Assembly: GCF_000315625.1 (NCBI RefSeq)
Contig: NW_005434638.1
Location: 526,121 to 590,120, forward strand
Source: Guillardia theta CCMP2712
Lineage: Eukaryota > Protista > Cryptophyta
Length of the DNA stretch: 64,000 nt
Reading direction: 5' to 3'
Under the pieces are notes generated by a model. It saw only the letters and a program-made list of their open reading frames with translations. It did not search any database and was not told the origin of the DNA. This document shows positions 10,366 to 25,763 of this stretch, in pieces. The position numbers and the translations under genes are program-made. The first letter of the stretch is position 1, and each line of letters opens with the position of its first letter.

Positions 10366-13300
10366 CCATCATCATCAGCATCATCAGCATCATCTAATCT
10401 TTCTCCCTTGCAGGGCTTGCAACAGCTCTAGAGACCGAACTCTGTGGCGACGCCATCTGTGGGACGTACGGAGTCAAGCCGTCCTTCGACGACTCGAACC
10501 GTCCTCCGAGCCAGCAGGTGTGTGCTCTTGTACCGAGTATTGAACGCCTCGAAATGGGGAAATGAACACGATTGATGATCCGATGAAGGTTCTTGGTCGG
10601 GCAACATGGACCGTGTTCCATACCTTTGCTGTGTATCTTCCAGACACCATGGGGGACGTGGAGGTGACGATGAAGCACATGGGTCGAGAAGAACGCATGA
10701 CGCCTCTGCTACAGGTCAAGATGTTCCAGAACTTGATCAACTCAGCAGGGTCACTCTACCCTGGGAAGGTTAGCAAGAGCTGGTGTAGACGCATGTGGAT
10801 GGATTGATTCTTTCCTCCCAGGGAGGGGAGATCGTCAACGAGATCTTGAACAACGATGTGTTTAAGAAGGAGATTCAGAGCATTAAGAACAGGGAGGACG
10901 GCATGCTCGTGGCATGGAAACGTGATGTCGAGATCTTATTTCGAACTCCTGCTCACCACCAGCGACGTTTGCAGTTCACAATGCCGTCACTGCTGCTGTC
11001 AAGCCCGATGCTGTTCCGTTTCCAGAGGCCTTGGGTGCGTTGAGATGGCGAACATTCACATGTCGCTCGTTGACGCCAAGCTCAGGGATCAAGCCGTCTA
11101 TGTTTGACCTCCTTAACAAGCCGGACAGCAACCACGTGCAGCTGGAGGTATGCGGAGCTTATCTTGTGATAGATGGTAATGCACGCTTAAATGCAGAATC
11201 TCAACATCGCGATGAAGAAGCAGATCATTGACGCTCTCACTTCTGTCAGTCTCTTCCAATGCTCATCTTGGTGCTCGTCTCATCTGTTTTCGCAGCGATG
11301 GAAGGCGACAGACGGCCTTATCAACAAGCATTGGTCCCAGAGAGACTTGCTCAACCTCCCTCCTGACCGAACCATGTTGGGCCGTGCGTTCTGGACTGTA
11401 CATGCAACTTCCTTGCTCGAACCGCGCTGACCCTGGAGATGACAGTACCTGCATACAACCTCCGTGTACCTTCCGCACAACCCAACAACCCAGCAAATCG
11501 AGGCCTTTAAGTCGCTATTCGACGCTGTCTATCATATCTTCCCCTGCCCTGTCTGCAGGTGTTTTTGACATGTTGGAGGGTGTCCCGCCTGTTTGACTTG
11601 TGCTCGCCGTAGAGGACACTTCAGGCTGTTCTATCCCGACGCTGTTCTGCAGAAGGAGGCAAAATCAGCTTGCTCGATGCCGTTTTCCTTGCCGCTGACG
11701 TTGTTGCAAACAGCATGAGGATATCAAGAGCAAGCACGATGCTATCATGTTCTCCTGGAAAAGTGAGCTGCTGCCGTCATCTTGCAAGGATGGCCCTCAC
11801 GCGTGTTTTGTTCTCAGTTCACAACATCGTCACCGCTGACGGCATCAACCGTGACGAATGGCCTGATCGCACCATGTACCCCAAGGACATGCACTTCAAT
11901 GTTTCTCAGGTCCACTCCTGATCCAACAGTCGATAACCGAAGTCTTTATCCTCCTCCCTCCATTGCTGCAAGATTCAAGTCTTCCAGCACACCCGTTCCC
12001 TGCCCTTGTCCGCTCCCCATGTTCTCTCTTCCCTCTTCACTTTCTCCTCCTGTCGTTCCTTCGCTCACAGCTATCATGCCAGTTCTTGATCCCCTCACCT
12101 CACGCGGAAGAAGATCAGATGAAGCTCAAGATCTGCCCGACGAAGACTGAGACTTGTCTGGTCCGCGAGCGAGCGTCTTGTGCAGTCCCGGGGTTGACGT
12201 GACGCACCAGGACAAGGACACACGCTTCGAAGTGATCGCTGATGTCGAGTCGAGGTGGAAGGTGAACCCTTGGAGCGATCTCATGCTGCAAGCTGATGTT
12301 GTCTGCTTGCAAACAGATCGAGGGAGGCATCGATCAGCCTCTCAAGGACGACTCCCCTGGTGCTGCTCCTGTCGATCCCTCTTGACGGGTCCTGACCGTT
12401 GCGCCTTCAGCTGCCTGCGATCCGCCCAAGGAGGGTCAGAAGGTGCTCAAGATGGAGGTAGAAAGGGACGAGGTGTGAAAGCGGAGGGTCCCGTGACCTG
12501 TCGGCAGATGTACATCATGGGCAAGTGCCCATGGTGCGCCAAGGCGATGGAGAAGATCGCGGATTCGATCAAGTGCGACTACACTTGCTCGTACCAGGGG
12601 CAAGAATTGACGGCGAGATTGGACTTCAATGTGCACATGGTGAGAAGGGACACGTGCGAGGGAGTGGAGATGTTGATGATGATGATATTGTTGTTGTTGT
12701 CGATGACGATTTTAAATGTTGTTGTTGTTGTTGTTGTTGATGATGATGATGATGAAATGATGATGGTGGTGACAATGACGAATGTAACAGGTTGGTCTCA
12801 ACAATGGAACTTGGGAGCAGCCGTGGCTTAAGGCCATTCACGGACCATCTGGTGACTCTCAACCTCGACTTTCATCAAACGCTTCACTCCTGGCATCTTC
12901 TTGTTTCCCTCCGTCTCTCTTGCTCTGCTTCTTTCCCACCTGTTTGCTCCCTAACGATCTGGCAGAGCTTGTTGGCGAGAGACTTGAGCTCTGTGCAAGG
13001 CAGCATTATGCAAAGGTCAGATGAGGACGAGAAGGAGGAGGGGTCGGAGGTAGAGGGGTCAGAGGAGGACGAGGAGAAGGAGGAAGGGTCAGAGGAGAAG
13101 GAGGAGGAAGGGTCAGAGGAGAAGGAGGAGGAAGGGTCAACGGAGGAAGAGGTGGTGGTGGTGGTGGCGGCGGCGGCGGTGGAGGATTTCTTACTTGGAT
13201 TTGTAGAACTATGAGTACGTCAAGTTCTTCCACTGCATGGACGAGAATGTTTCCGTGATTCCTATTCGAGCACCTGAATGTGCAAAGAAGGTGAGGGAGA

Positions 13301-14181
13301 GGAACGGGAGGAGACAAGATGATGAGTGTGGTACAGCACAACATGGACCTCGACCTGCTGGTTTCCTGCGCCAACATGGAGGTAAAAGTCTGAGGAGGAG
13401 CAGGAGATAGAGCAGAAGGGAGGGGGGGAAGGGGAGGGTGTGGAAGGTGAGGAACTGATAATGTGCTGAAGGGTGAGACTCTTGTCGCAACTTCTTATGG
13501 ATACGCGAGCTGGATGGTGAGGAGGAGGCAAAGAAACTCGTGGGAGTGACGAAGACGGCAGGGGATCGACATCACCCCAACGTTTGTGCTCAACGGCAAG
13601 AAGCACGTGCTCGGACTCCCATCCAACTTCTCAGGTGGAAGGAGCAGCAATGGGGAAGGAGAGAAGGGAGGGAGGGAGTGGAGAGGAGGGAGGGGAGAGG
13701 AGGAGGGAAGAAGCGAAGGGATGGAGGAAGGAGAAGGAAAAGAGGGAAGGAGGGAGAAGAGACGGGGGTAATGAGGAGGCAAGGTTGTAAAACTGAGCGC
13801 TAGATATCGTCTGCGAGCAACTGGCGACGACCTCGACCACTCTGGCGGAAACTTCTCTTTACAGCGGAGGAAGCCTCCGGATGGCGAGCGGGAGGTGAAG
13901 GGAGGGAGAGGATGCGGTAGAGACTGACGAGCTGCAGTGAGAAGAGGGACCTGGTGGTGACTGGCGTTGCCGTTGGTTTCATCACTATGGTGAGCGGGGG
14001 GAGGAAGGGGGAGGAGGCGGATGAAAGGGGTGGGAGAGCAAGGCAGGAGGAGGATGGAGGTGATGTTGGTTCGTACGATCATTCGCTTACTCGGAAACTT
14101 CAGGTTGTGATGGGAGCTGCGCTGGTCGTCATGCGGCTGAGGACGACCAAGGATGTTGAGCGACAGGCTCTCCTGCCTTGA
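9948..14181 (+). CDS. secretory-pathway pseudo-Erv + Erv/ALR sulfhydryl oxidase + GILT-like thiol reductase fusion with C-terminal TM helix
   Basis: spliced product: signal peptide MVARRRMALAMVAMVLGLATA; PPSQQVLGRATWTVFHT..YPGKGG..WKLHNAV; PPDRTMLGRAFWTYLHT..FPCPVCRGHF..WKIHNIV; YIMGKCPWC..IHGPSELVGERLELCA..FFHCM..ITPTFVLNG; TM; tail KDVERQALLP*. Confidence 0.85.
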
Positions 14182-14340
14182 ATAAGAATGTAGTGTAGCG
14201 AGGAGGGACCATGAGAGAGTGGGGGAGGAGGAGGAGGAGGAGGAGGAGGACGAGGGGAATGTCACGGATCATGAATGTGCTGTAAATTTTGAATTCGTTG
14301 CAATTCAAGCTCGCTCAGTGATTAAGGAGAAGGAAGGAAA

Positions 14341-17300
14341 TCACCACAAGGTTACACAAAGTCGCCATGGCGAGGAGAGGTGAGGAGGACGAGGCAGCGG
14401 ATTCCTGCGGAGCAAGTCAAGTAGACTTCGAGGAGGACATGGCATGAGAGCAGCACTAGACGATGAAGGAGAGCAAGAGGAGAGGGAGGGAAAGAAGAAA
14501 GAGGAGGTGAGGCAAAAGAAGAGGAGGGGGAAGAAAGAAGAAAGGGGGAGGGGGAAGATGAGGCGAACCTCGTCGAGCTGCTGAAGCTTCTTATTTAACG
14601 TGTGTAGGGATGATCTCATCTCGTCTTCGAGCTGCTTCATCTCCTGAAGGGAACATCACTCGTCTTGCTCCCCACCGTCCCCACCACCCCACCAAGCACC
14701 TCTAACACTTCCTCCTCTTCCTCACCTGATCTCTTCCCCGTCTCTTCTGACCCTTTGCCGCAACTTTCTCATGCCCAATGGGCCCCTGCTGCAGAGACGA
14801 TTGAGCGAGCGAATGGGGCGAAAGGATGGAGGAGAAGGAAAGGAGGACGACAAGAGCACGGCGAGATGAGGGAGGCTCGTTGGAGAAGGACAAGGGGAGG
14901 AAAGAGGATGGCAGCAACGAAAAGCAGGAGGCAGGAGAGGGGAGGGAAGAGAGCATTCTTTACCTCAGCTACACGCTCGATGGCCTTGTGCCCGTGTTTC
15001 ATCACGACCTTCTCTACGGTGACCGTGGATGCATGCTGCTGCGACAAGGAGCTTCGCTGGTCCTGTTGCCCGCCTCAACTCTTCGCCCTGCCCCACCCTC
15101 CTCGACCTCCTCCTCTCACCTTCACTACAACCGATCGGACTGGCAGAAATCCAGCAGGCTGGCCAATGCAGAGATCCCAGTGTGTCCAACCATACTGGCC
15201 GTTGATCGCTTTAGCGTCTTGACTCTACGGAGCAGGAAGAGCAGAGGAAGAGGTCAGAAATTCTTTCCTTTCCCAGGGCACGTCTACCTTGGTGCCGCAA
15301 GACCCCTCCACCGCGCACCATGCTGCGTCCTGATCCGCCCTCGTGCATTCCGTGTATGTCTTGTCATCGCAGATGACGCACCATCCCTGCTGCATGTATC
15401 CTCCCTCCAGCTGGCACGCCGAGTCCTTCAGCGGCTTCACCTTGCACAGCTCGGAAGGAGCGTACTTGAAGGGCAGGCGGCACGTGCAGCCATTCTGCGT
15501 GCGAACCTTGGGGATGACGTCGGGCAGCTGCGGCTGGTCGGTGCCAGCTATGAGCGGCCTCTGAGCACGGAGTGAGAGGTGCAAGTTGGTGGTCGAGGAG
15601 AGGAGAAAGAGGATGACGAAATGGGTGAAGTGAAGAATGGAGAATGGAAGTAGAGAGAGGAAGAGGAAGAGGAAGAGGAAGAGGAAGAGGAAGAGGAAGA
15701 GGAAGAGGAAGGGGATCAGGAAGAGAAAGGGGAAGAGGAAAGAAAAGGGGAAGAGTAGCAAGGAGAGAGGAGGACGAGGGAAGGAGGAAGCCAGACCTTC
15801 TCCGGCTGCTCCTTGCAGATGTCCCAGTGAGTCCATCCGAACCCTCCGGGTCCCGTGTGCGCCATCTTGCTGTTGCTCTTCTTCCCGCAGGCTCCCTTGG
15901 TAGCGCACCAGGCGCCTCCCTTGCTGCTTGAGATGTCCGTGCAGGACGTGTAGACGATACGGTTGCTGCTCTGGCCGAATACAGGCGGGGAGTACTCGAA
16001 GGGGAGCAGGCACTCGCACCCGTCGACAGTCTTCACAGGCTCCGGCTCCAACCATCCCGGAGGATCTCCGACGCACTTGTCCCACTGCATCGTCTCCCCC
16101 GATGCCGTCTTGCCCGTGTAGCCGCACGTCGACTCCTCCACCGGGCACCACCAGAAGTTCTCCATGCCGCTCTTGGTCTGGCCATAGCGGGTGCAGGTGG
16201 TGAGGGTAACGGAGTAGCCGAGGCCCGGGGGGGTGATGGTGTAGGGCATCTTACACTTGCAGCCTTGCAACGTGCTGACGGACTGGGAGGGGTAGGGCAT
16301 CACTCCCTGCTCGTGCGACTCCACCTGCTCCATGCAGTAGTCCCAGTGGTCCCACCCGTACCCCCTCGGCGTCAGTTTAGCGCGGGGGTCGTTACTCTGG
16401 ATGCCGCAGTTGGGCGACTCCACAGGGTCGATGGCGCACCAGGCCTGGTTGGGGCTGCCGATATCAGTGCAGCCCAAGTACGTCACCTCCTGTCCAGCGA
16501 GGCTCGAGGGCTGGAACACCCACGGCTGCTTGCACACGCAGCCCTGGCGGGTCATCAACTTGGGCTTGAGGGGAGCCAGGAAACCAGCAGGCTCTCCGAT
16601 GCACTTGTCCCACCTCGACCACCCGAAGCCTCCCGGCCCCTTGTACGCCTGCGGCAAGTCGCTCTTCTTGCCGCAGCTCTGCTCATTCACGGGGCACCAA
16701 GCCGCATGCATGCCGAACCTCTGGCAGGTGTTGAACTCCTTCACCTCGTGGTTGGTTTCCGCGTTGGCGATCTTGAAGGGGAACATGCAGGAGCAGCCAC
16801 TCTCCGTGCGGACGAAAGGCAAAGGGTGGGGCACAATGCCCTTGCTCAAGTCAGCCACCAGCTCCGTGGGCTGATACTTGTCATCGCAAATGTCCCAGTG
16901 CGTCCATCCATACTGCCCGGACTTGGTTCCTGCCTTGGGGTCTGCGGACGTCGTACCGCAATCTCCTTCAACCGCGCACCATGCCGTGCCCGGGCTGTCG
17001 ATATCAACACATCCGTTGTAGATGACCCTCTTGCCCCCGAGATCCCACGGCTCGAACGACCAAGTCGTCTTGCACGTGCATCCCTGAACAGTGGTGGCTG
17101 GCTTGGGCGGCAAGGCCAAGAAGCCCGCCGGTTCTCCCACACACTTGTCCCAATGGGTCCAGGACAGTCTCGAGTCGCCGTACTTGCTCTCTGGCGTTCC
17201 GGTGCGGCCGCAAGATCCTTCCGTGGCGCACCAGTGAGTGCCATGGCCGCCATGTAGGGTGCAGGCGTACAGCTCAAGCTTCTGCAGCCCCCCGAGCGAC

Positions 17301-18689
17301 CTGGGGTAGAACTCGAAGGGGAGCTTGCAGGTACAGCCCTTCTCAGTGACGACCTTAGGAGCGGGGGAGGGCAAGAACTTCTCATCGTGAGGAGCAGGCT
17401 GGCTCATGCAGAAGTCCCAGTGAGTCCATCCATACCCTCCCTCCTTCACTGTGGCCTTGGGATCGCTGGAGCTCTTGGGGGATCCAAACTTGCCACACTC
17501 CCCGTCCGCAGGGTCCACTGCACACCATGCCTTCCCTGGTGACCCAATGTCTGTACAGACGTCGTACTTGATGGTATGGTCCTTGAGCTCCGGGACGTCA
17601 TATTTGAAGGGCAAGAGGCAACGGCAGCCGGACACAGTCTTGATAGGAGGCCACAGGAAATCCTCCAGGGCCCTCCTGGCTGCAGACTTTCCACCGATCT
17701 GCTTGATCGCAACTCCCAGCCATTCGGACAGAACCTTGGCCTTCTGAGCGTGATAGTCGCGCTTCGAAATCACACCCTTCTGGTAGAGCCCGTCGATGTC
17801 ACGCAGTTCGTACTCCATCTGCATGTCGTCGGACGGCTTGTTCTGCTCCCCAGCCAACGGAGCGGCGATCCCCATCTTTGCGCTGCCCGAGTGACCAGAG
17901 CCAGGCAGGGACGAGCCAAGAATGACTCTCCTGAGCATCGAGATGACATAGACCTCCACCTGATGATGAACGCGGGCCCTTATCCTCAGGAGCAGTGGCA
18001 CCAAGAGCCTGGATCGCATCTTCTTCATCTGTTCAGCATTCAAGTTCTTTCGCAGCCCGACGTCGCGGACAGTCTCCTTCACGCGCTCGTGAGCCTCGGC
18101 GTCCAAGTTCTTGATGAGAGGAGCTTCAATCCCTTCCACGATGGGCAAGATGTAAGGGTTCTCAGTGGACTTGCCGCTCTCAGCCCACTCCAGCATCTCC
18201 TCCACATACCCCGCCTTCATGTTGCGCAGGAGGGATACAAGGTTCTGAGCATAGGACTCTTGCACCTTGGGGTCAGAGATGGGAAGAAACGAAGGAGGAA
18301 GCTTCAGACCCTTGTACGGCCTTGTCCCATCCTCCCCCACCGCCTCAGCCATCTTCTTGTCATAATCCTCCTCATCCTCAGCCGTCCACTCTTGTCCTGG
18401 CATCCTGTAGATCGAAGGAGGGGCTGAACCCTTGCCTTTGACTGAAGCTAGCTTTCCCTCCAGGGAGTGAAGGGTCTTCTCGATCTCCGCCGCCCTCTCA
18501 TTCAAAAACTTCTCGTCGAGCTCAGCTGGGAGATCCGACGGCCTCTGGACCACAAGAACGAGCCCGACGATAAGGACTAGAGGGCCGGCAATGTATAGGG
18601 GGCTCAAGCTCCTCTGTGAACACAAGTCAGTCAGCTGATCGAAGTCGGAATGAGTTCCATCTCACCGGCGAAGCTTTGAGACCAGGCAT
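14341..18689 (-). CDS. type II membrane protein with SHOCT-like motif and 8 FN2-like Cys/Trp repeats; 3' end approximate
   Basis: N-terminal TM (IAGPLVLIVGLVLVV); LRDIDGLYQKGVISKRDYHAQKAKVL; repeats T.xGCxC..P[FWY]..C..[AW]WC..CG..WTHWD.C. Confidence 0.8.
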
Positions 18690-19199
18690 TGCAAGATCAG
18701 TCGCCGAGAGTTGGCGAGAGAAGCTGAGGATCGAGAGAAATTAGTCCACAGCAACAAGACAATCAAGGATTGATAGAGAGAATATAGCGAACAAACTGGA
18801 AGGAAGTGGAAGAAAAACTAAAGTACGATGTTGGGACAGCACAAGAACAAGAGAGTTGAGAGTGAGAAAATCAGTATATCGTCTCTCTCGAAACAAAATG
18901 AGCTACCCTGCACGAGAAGGTTGGAGATCGGAACACATTCGACAAGGTAGACAAGCAGAGGCAAGAACGAGTTGATGATGGCGAGGAAACATGTTAGAAA
19001 GGGAGTATGGAGGTTTCATATCGATAAAACGAAGTGATTGAAAGAGACGAGGAAGAGGAATTGCTAGCAATATCAGATGCGTAGGCAACACTGGTGGAAA
19101 TCACCACAGGGACAAAGGAGGGAGGAAACAGAAAAGGTGATACAGCAGGAGGTTATGGAAGTGGGGACGATTTGATGGGGGAGGAGAAGGTTACGGAGC

Positions 19200-19500
19200 A
19201 GCGGCAAGAGGAGAAGGAGCAAGAGGAGGAGGAGGAAGAGGACGAGGACGAGGAGGACGAGGACGAGAAGGAGGAGGAGGAGGAGGAGGACGAGGAGGAC
19301 GAGGAGGAGGAGGACGAGGAGGACGAGGAGGACGAGGAGGACGAGGAGGACGAGGAGGACGAGGATGAGGACGAGGACGAGGAGGAAAAGGAGGAGGAGG
19401 ACGAGAACGAGAACGAGAACGAGAACGAGGAAGAGGAAGAGGAAGAGGAGGAGGAAGAGGAAGAGGAAGAGGAAGAGGAGGAGGAGGAGGAGGAGGAGTT
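19200..19500. repeat. (GAG/GAC/GAA)n purine triplet microsatellite
   Basis: direct inspection. Confidence 0.9.
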
Positions 19501-19875
19501 GTCGGCGGTGACAGTCACGGCTGCTGCCATGATGACTGTGACGCTTCGCAAGCGATGCCCGTTACAACAGTTACATCTAAAAAGAAAAGATATTAAGCTA
19601 ATTGTGTTGTTGAGTAAAACTACCCGACAATGGCGGAGGAGCGCCTTGGCGCTGCAGTGCGGTGAGTGGTGAGAGGGAGGGAGGGGAGGGGAGGGGAGAG
19701 GAGAGGAGAGGAGAGGAGAGGAGAGGAGAGGAGAGGAGAGGAGGGGAGGGGAGGGAGGGAAGGGAGAGAGAGGAGAGGAGGGATGGATGGATGGAGAGGA
19801 GGTAACATATGATGCTGTGAAGTTAGTGAGAGGATATGATGTTGAAACAAGAAGAGAGATCTAGGCAGAAGGAGG

Positions 19876-22997
<3,122 letters not shown>

Positions 22998-23245
22998 TGG
23001 AAATGTGACGATCTCCAAGATTTGACCATCGGCACACACCTGCCTCAAATGTGTATTCTCGCGATCTTGCGGCAGAGGTGATCATTGTACGCCTTTCTCA
23101 AACTCTTCTCTGTGAACTTGAGATGCAGGTCAGTTCAAAGTGTACAAAAATAATGTTTCTTAGACCCTTTCATTAATCGTTTTCATGGACTAGTGAAGAC
23201 GTGAAGCTCATCTGAGTCAATCTTTCTACAAGTATCCGTTGCTCA

Positions 23246-23305
23246 TCATTCTGCTCTGCTGCTGCATGTCCGCGTATTGAGGCTGCCCCATGGGCTGCTG
23301 GTACA

Positions 23306-23340
<35 letters not shown>

Positions 23341-24091
23341 AAGCAACATCAGACCCTCTATGTCTCCTCCTCACTCTACCTGAGCCCCCACAGGAGCTAC
23401 TCCGATGCTCTGCAGGTAGGCGTTGGTGGCGTCCTGCGACATAGCACCTGAGTTGTATCCCGCATTCCTGCCCGACAGTCACTTGCTAACCAGCAGCCTC
23501 ACACGTCTCCTCACATCCCCGGGAACTGCATGGTGCTCGGAGCCTTGGCACTCGTCTTGGTGGTGAAACCCTTGAAGCCTATCAGTCTCTTGCCCGCGCG
23601 CCATGTCAGGTCACTGGCGGCACCTGTCGTGCGATGGCGGCGTTCCTCCTCTTGTTGAAGTCATCCCATGCTGTGTTGGGGACGGACATCTGCTGCGGCG
23701 CTTGCTGGACCGCGTAGGTCATCTCCTGTGGAGGCGCCTGGTACTGGTCCGCAACCATGTACACCTGCGGCTGGGCCACCGTCGTGACATGCGGCTGGGC
23801 CACCGTCGTGACATTCTGAGGAGAGTACTCGTAGAACTGCTGGGAGGGCTGCAATCTAGACTCAGAGGCGACGAGGAGGGCACAACTACCTGAGACATGA
23901 CGTAGGATACAGGTTGCGGTGAGACATTCACGTTCTGTACGTACTGGACTGCCACTGGCTGTCATGGAGAGGTCCAGAGAGTGACATGGACGGGTCGTAC
24001 CTTGTCTCTGTTGGGCATAAGGTGACTGTGGCGGATAATTCATGTGCTGATAACTCATGTTGTTGGGTGAGTTCTGATAAACAGCCTGCAT
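23246..24091 (-). CDS. small Gln/Pro/Tyr-rich multi-exon hypothetical protein
   Basis: MQAVYQNSPNNMSYQHMNYPPQSPYAQQRQ..VTTVAQP x2..AWDDFNKRRNAAIARQ with clear splice sites. Confidence 0.6.
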
Positions 24092-24656
24092 CTGCACGAA
24101 AATTTCACATTTGGGTGTGATTCTTGACCCGTTGCACCCAATGACGCACAGAGTTATATCACGTTGCAGACTGATTGCTTCGGTTAACTGACTGCTCGAT
24201 GTACACGACCATCAAATTGTGAGGACAGTTACTGTGTGTCTCGTATGGTTGAGTAGCCATTCAAATGTTTGGTTTCATCCACTCCACTACGTTCGATCCC
24301 CCCACCATAGACCATCTTTCTCCTCCCTGCCTCCTTCAAGTCTTCCAGTTCATCGATCTGCTTGTCCTCTCTCCTCTCTCTCCTCCCTCCTCCCTCCTCC
24401 CTCCTCCCTCCTCCCCTCCCTCCCTCCGCCACGTCAGCCCTCCCATCTTTGTCTTTCTTGCCGCATCCCGCTCTTCCACCCCATCCCACCCCCTTCCCGG
24501 TCTCTACCTCCCCTATTCCTGCAATAATGGGGTAGTCAGTGGTCGGAGCAGGGGTGGTCGCGGGACTACCTCGAAGTAGAAGATTTTTTTGGGTTACTGG
24601 AAATGCCGCGCCTACTGGCAAGAGTTGATACAAGGTCGTAGGACGAGAGCGGGAAA

Positions 24657-25010
24657 GAGGTAGAGCAGGAGAGATAGAGCAGGAGAGAGGTAGAGCGGGA
24701 GAGAGGTAGAGCAGATGAGAGGTACAGCAGGAGAGAGGTAGAGCAGGAGAGAGGTAGAGCAGGAGAGAGATAGAGCAGGAGAGAAGTACAGCAGGAGAGA
24801 AGTACAGCAGGAGAGAGGTAGAGCAGGAGAGAGATAGAGCAGGAGAGAGGTAGAGCAGGAGAGAGGTAGAGCAGGAGAGAGGTAGAGCAGGAGAGAGATA
24901 GAGCAGATGAGAGGTAGAGCAGGAGAGAGGTAGAGCAGGAGAGAGGTAGAGCAGGAGAGAGATAGAGCAGATGAGAGGTAGAGCAGGAGAGAGATAGAGC
25001 AGGAGAGAGG
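24657..25010. repeat. 16-bp minisatellite (RTAGAGCAGGAGAGAG)n, ~22 copies
   Basis: head-to-tail units with few variants and no spacers. Confidence 0.9.
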
Positions 25011-25763
25011 TCGATCGCCAGAAACACACAAGAATACAAGTGAGAAGTTTGCACGAGCTTTTCGAACATGTGAGAACATGAGATCGAAAGAGCAACAATT
25101 ATGCTGAAACTTTCACCTTAGATTTGAATTCACAACATCTATTCAACTTTTTTTCACCATTGATTTCACCATTTTCCCACGTCACCTTTAACTTATCTCT
25201 CCCCTTGCACACGTACAATTGTGTCGACTATTTGCGTTTCCAGTGGTTGTCAATAAACATCTCATGGAAGAGGACTTGATGACTTAATGATGTCCGAAAC
25301 CTTTGTGGATTATGAGTGTACCTGAGACACTGCAATCTTCACACTGCAATCTTCGTCTATTGAGTTATCAGAGGGAAGTGGCAGCTCATTTAGAGAATCG
25401 GAAGCAATCAAATTTGATTTCTACAGTCACAACAACTTTGAGAGAATCCAGTTGTAACTGTTAAAAATATCCCAGAGAAGAATTACATAGAGGTCAGCTG
25501 TTTGAAATGCCTGTCCTAGCATCTTCGCCACTCAATATCTTGCAAACGAGTGAGGCTAATGATGAATTTTCAACATCAACAAGTTTTACCTTGTAAGTTT
25601 CAGCGACAGTCTTCTCGTCGAAATAAAAGACTTCCAGCGGCATGTGAACACTCGAAAAACTGCCAACCATCTCAGGAGGAGAAAGGAGATGACGATGAAG
25701 ATGGAAATGAAGATGGAAATGAAATTGAAATTGTAGATGAAGTTTTCGAAGGTGTTAGAGCGT

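Noticed and set aside
16265-18427. Long plus-strand ORFs opposite the FN2-like gene (similar cases opposite NAGLU, P450 and the RtcB-like gene)
   Set aside because: Antisense shadows of GC3-rich coding sequence.
19094-19672. 192-aa poly-Glu/Asp ORF and antisense poly-Ser ORF
   Set aside because: Explained by a triplet microsatellite; no evidence of a real protein.
24657-25010. Regular repeat array as a possible CRISPR
   Set aside because: Head-to-tail 16-bp units with no unique spacers, no cas genes, eukaryotic context; a minisatellite. Its LLLYLSPA/CSTS ORFs are artefacts.
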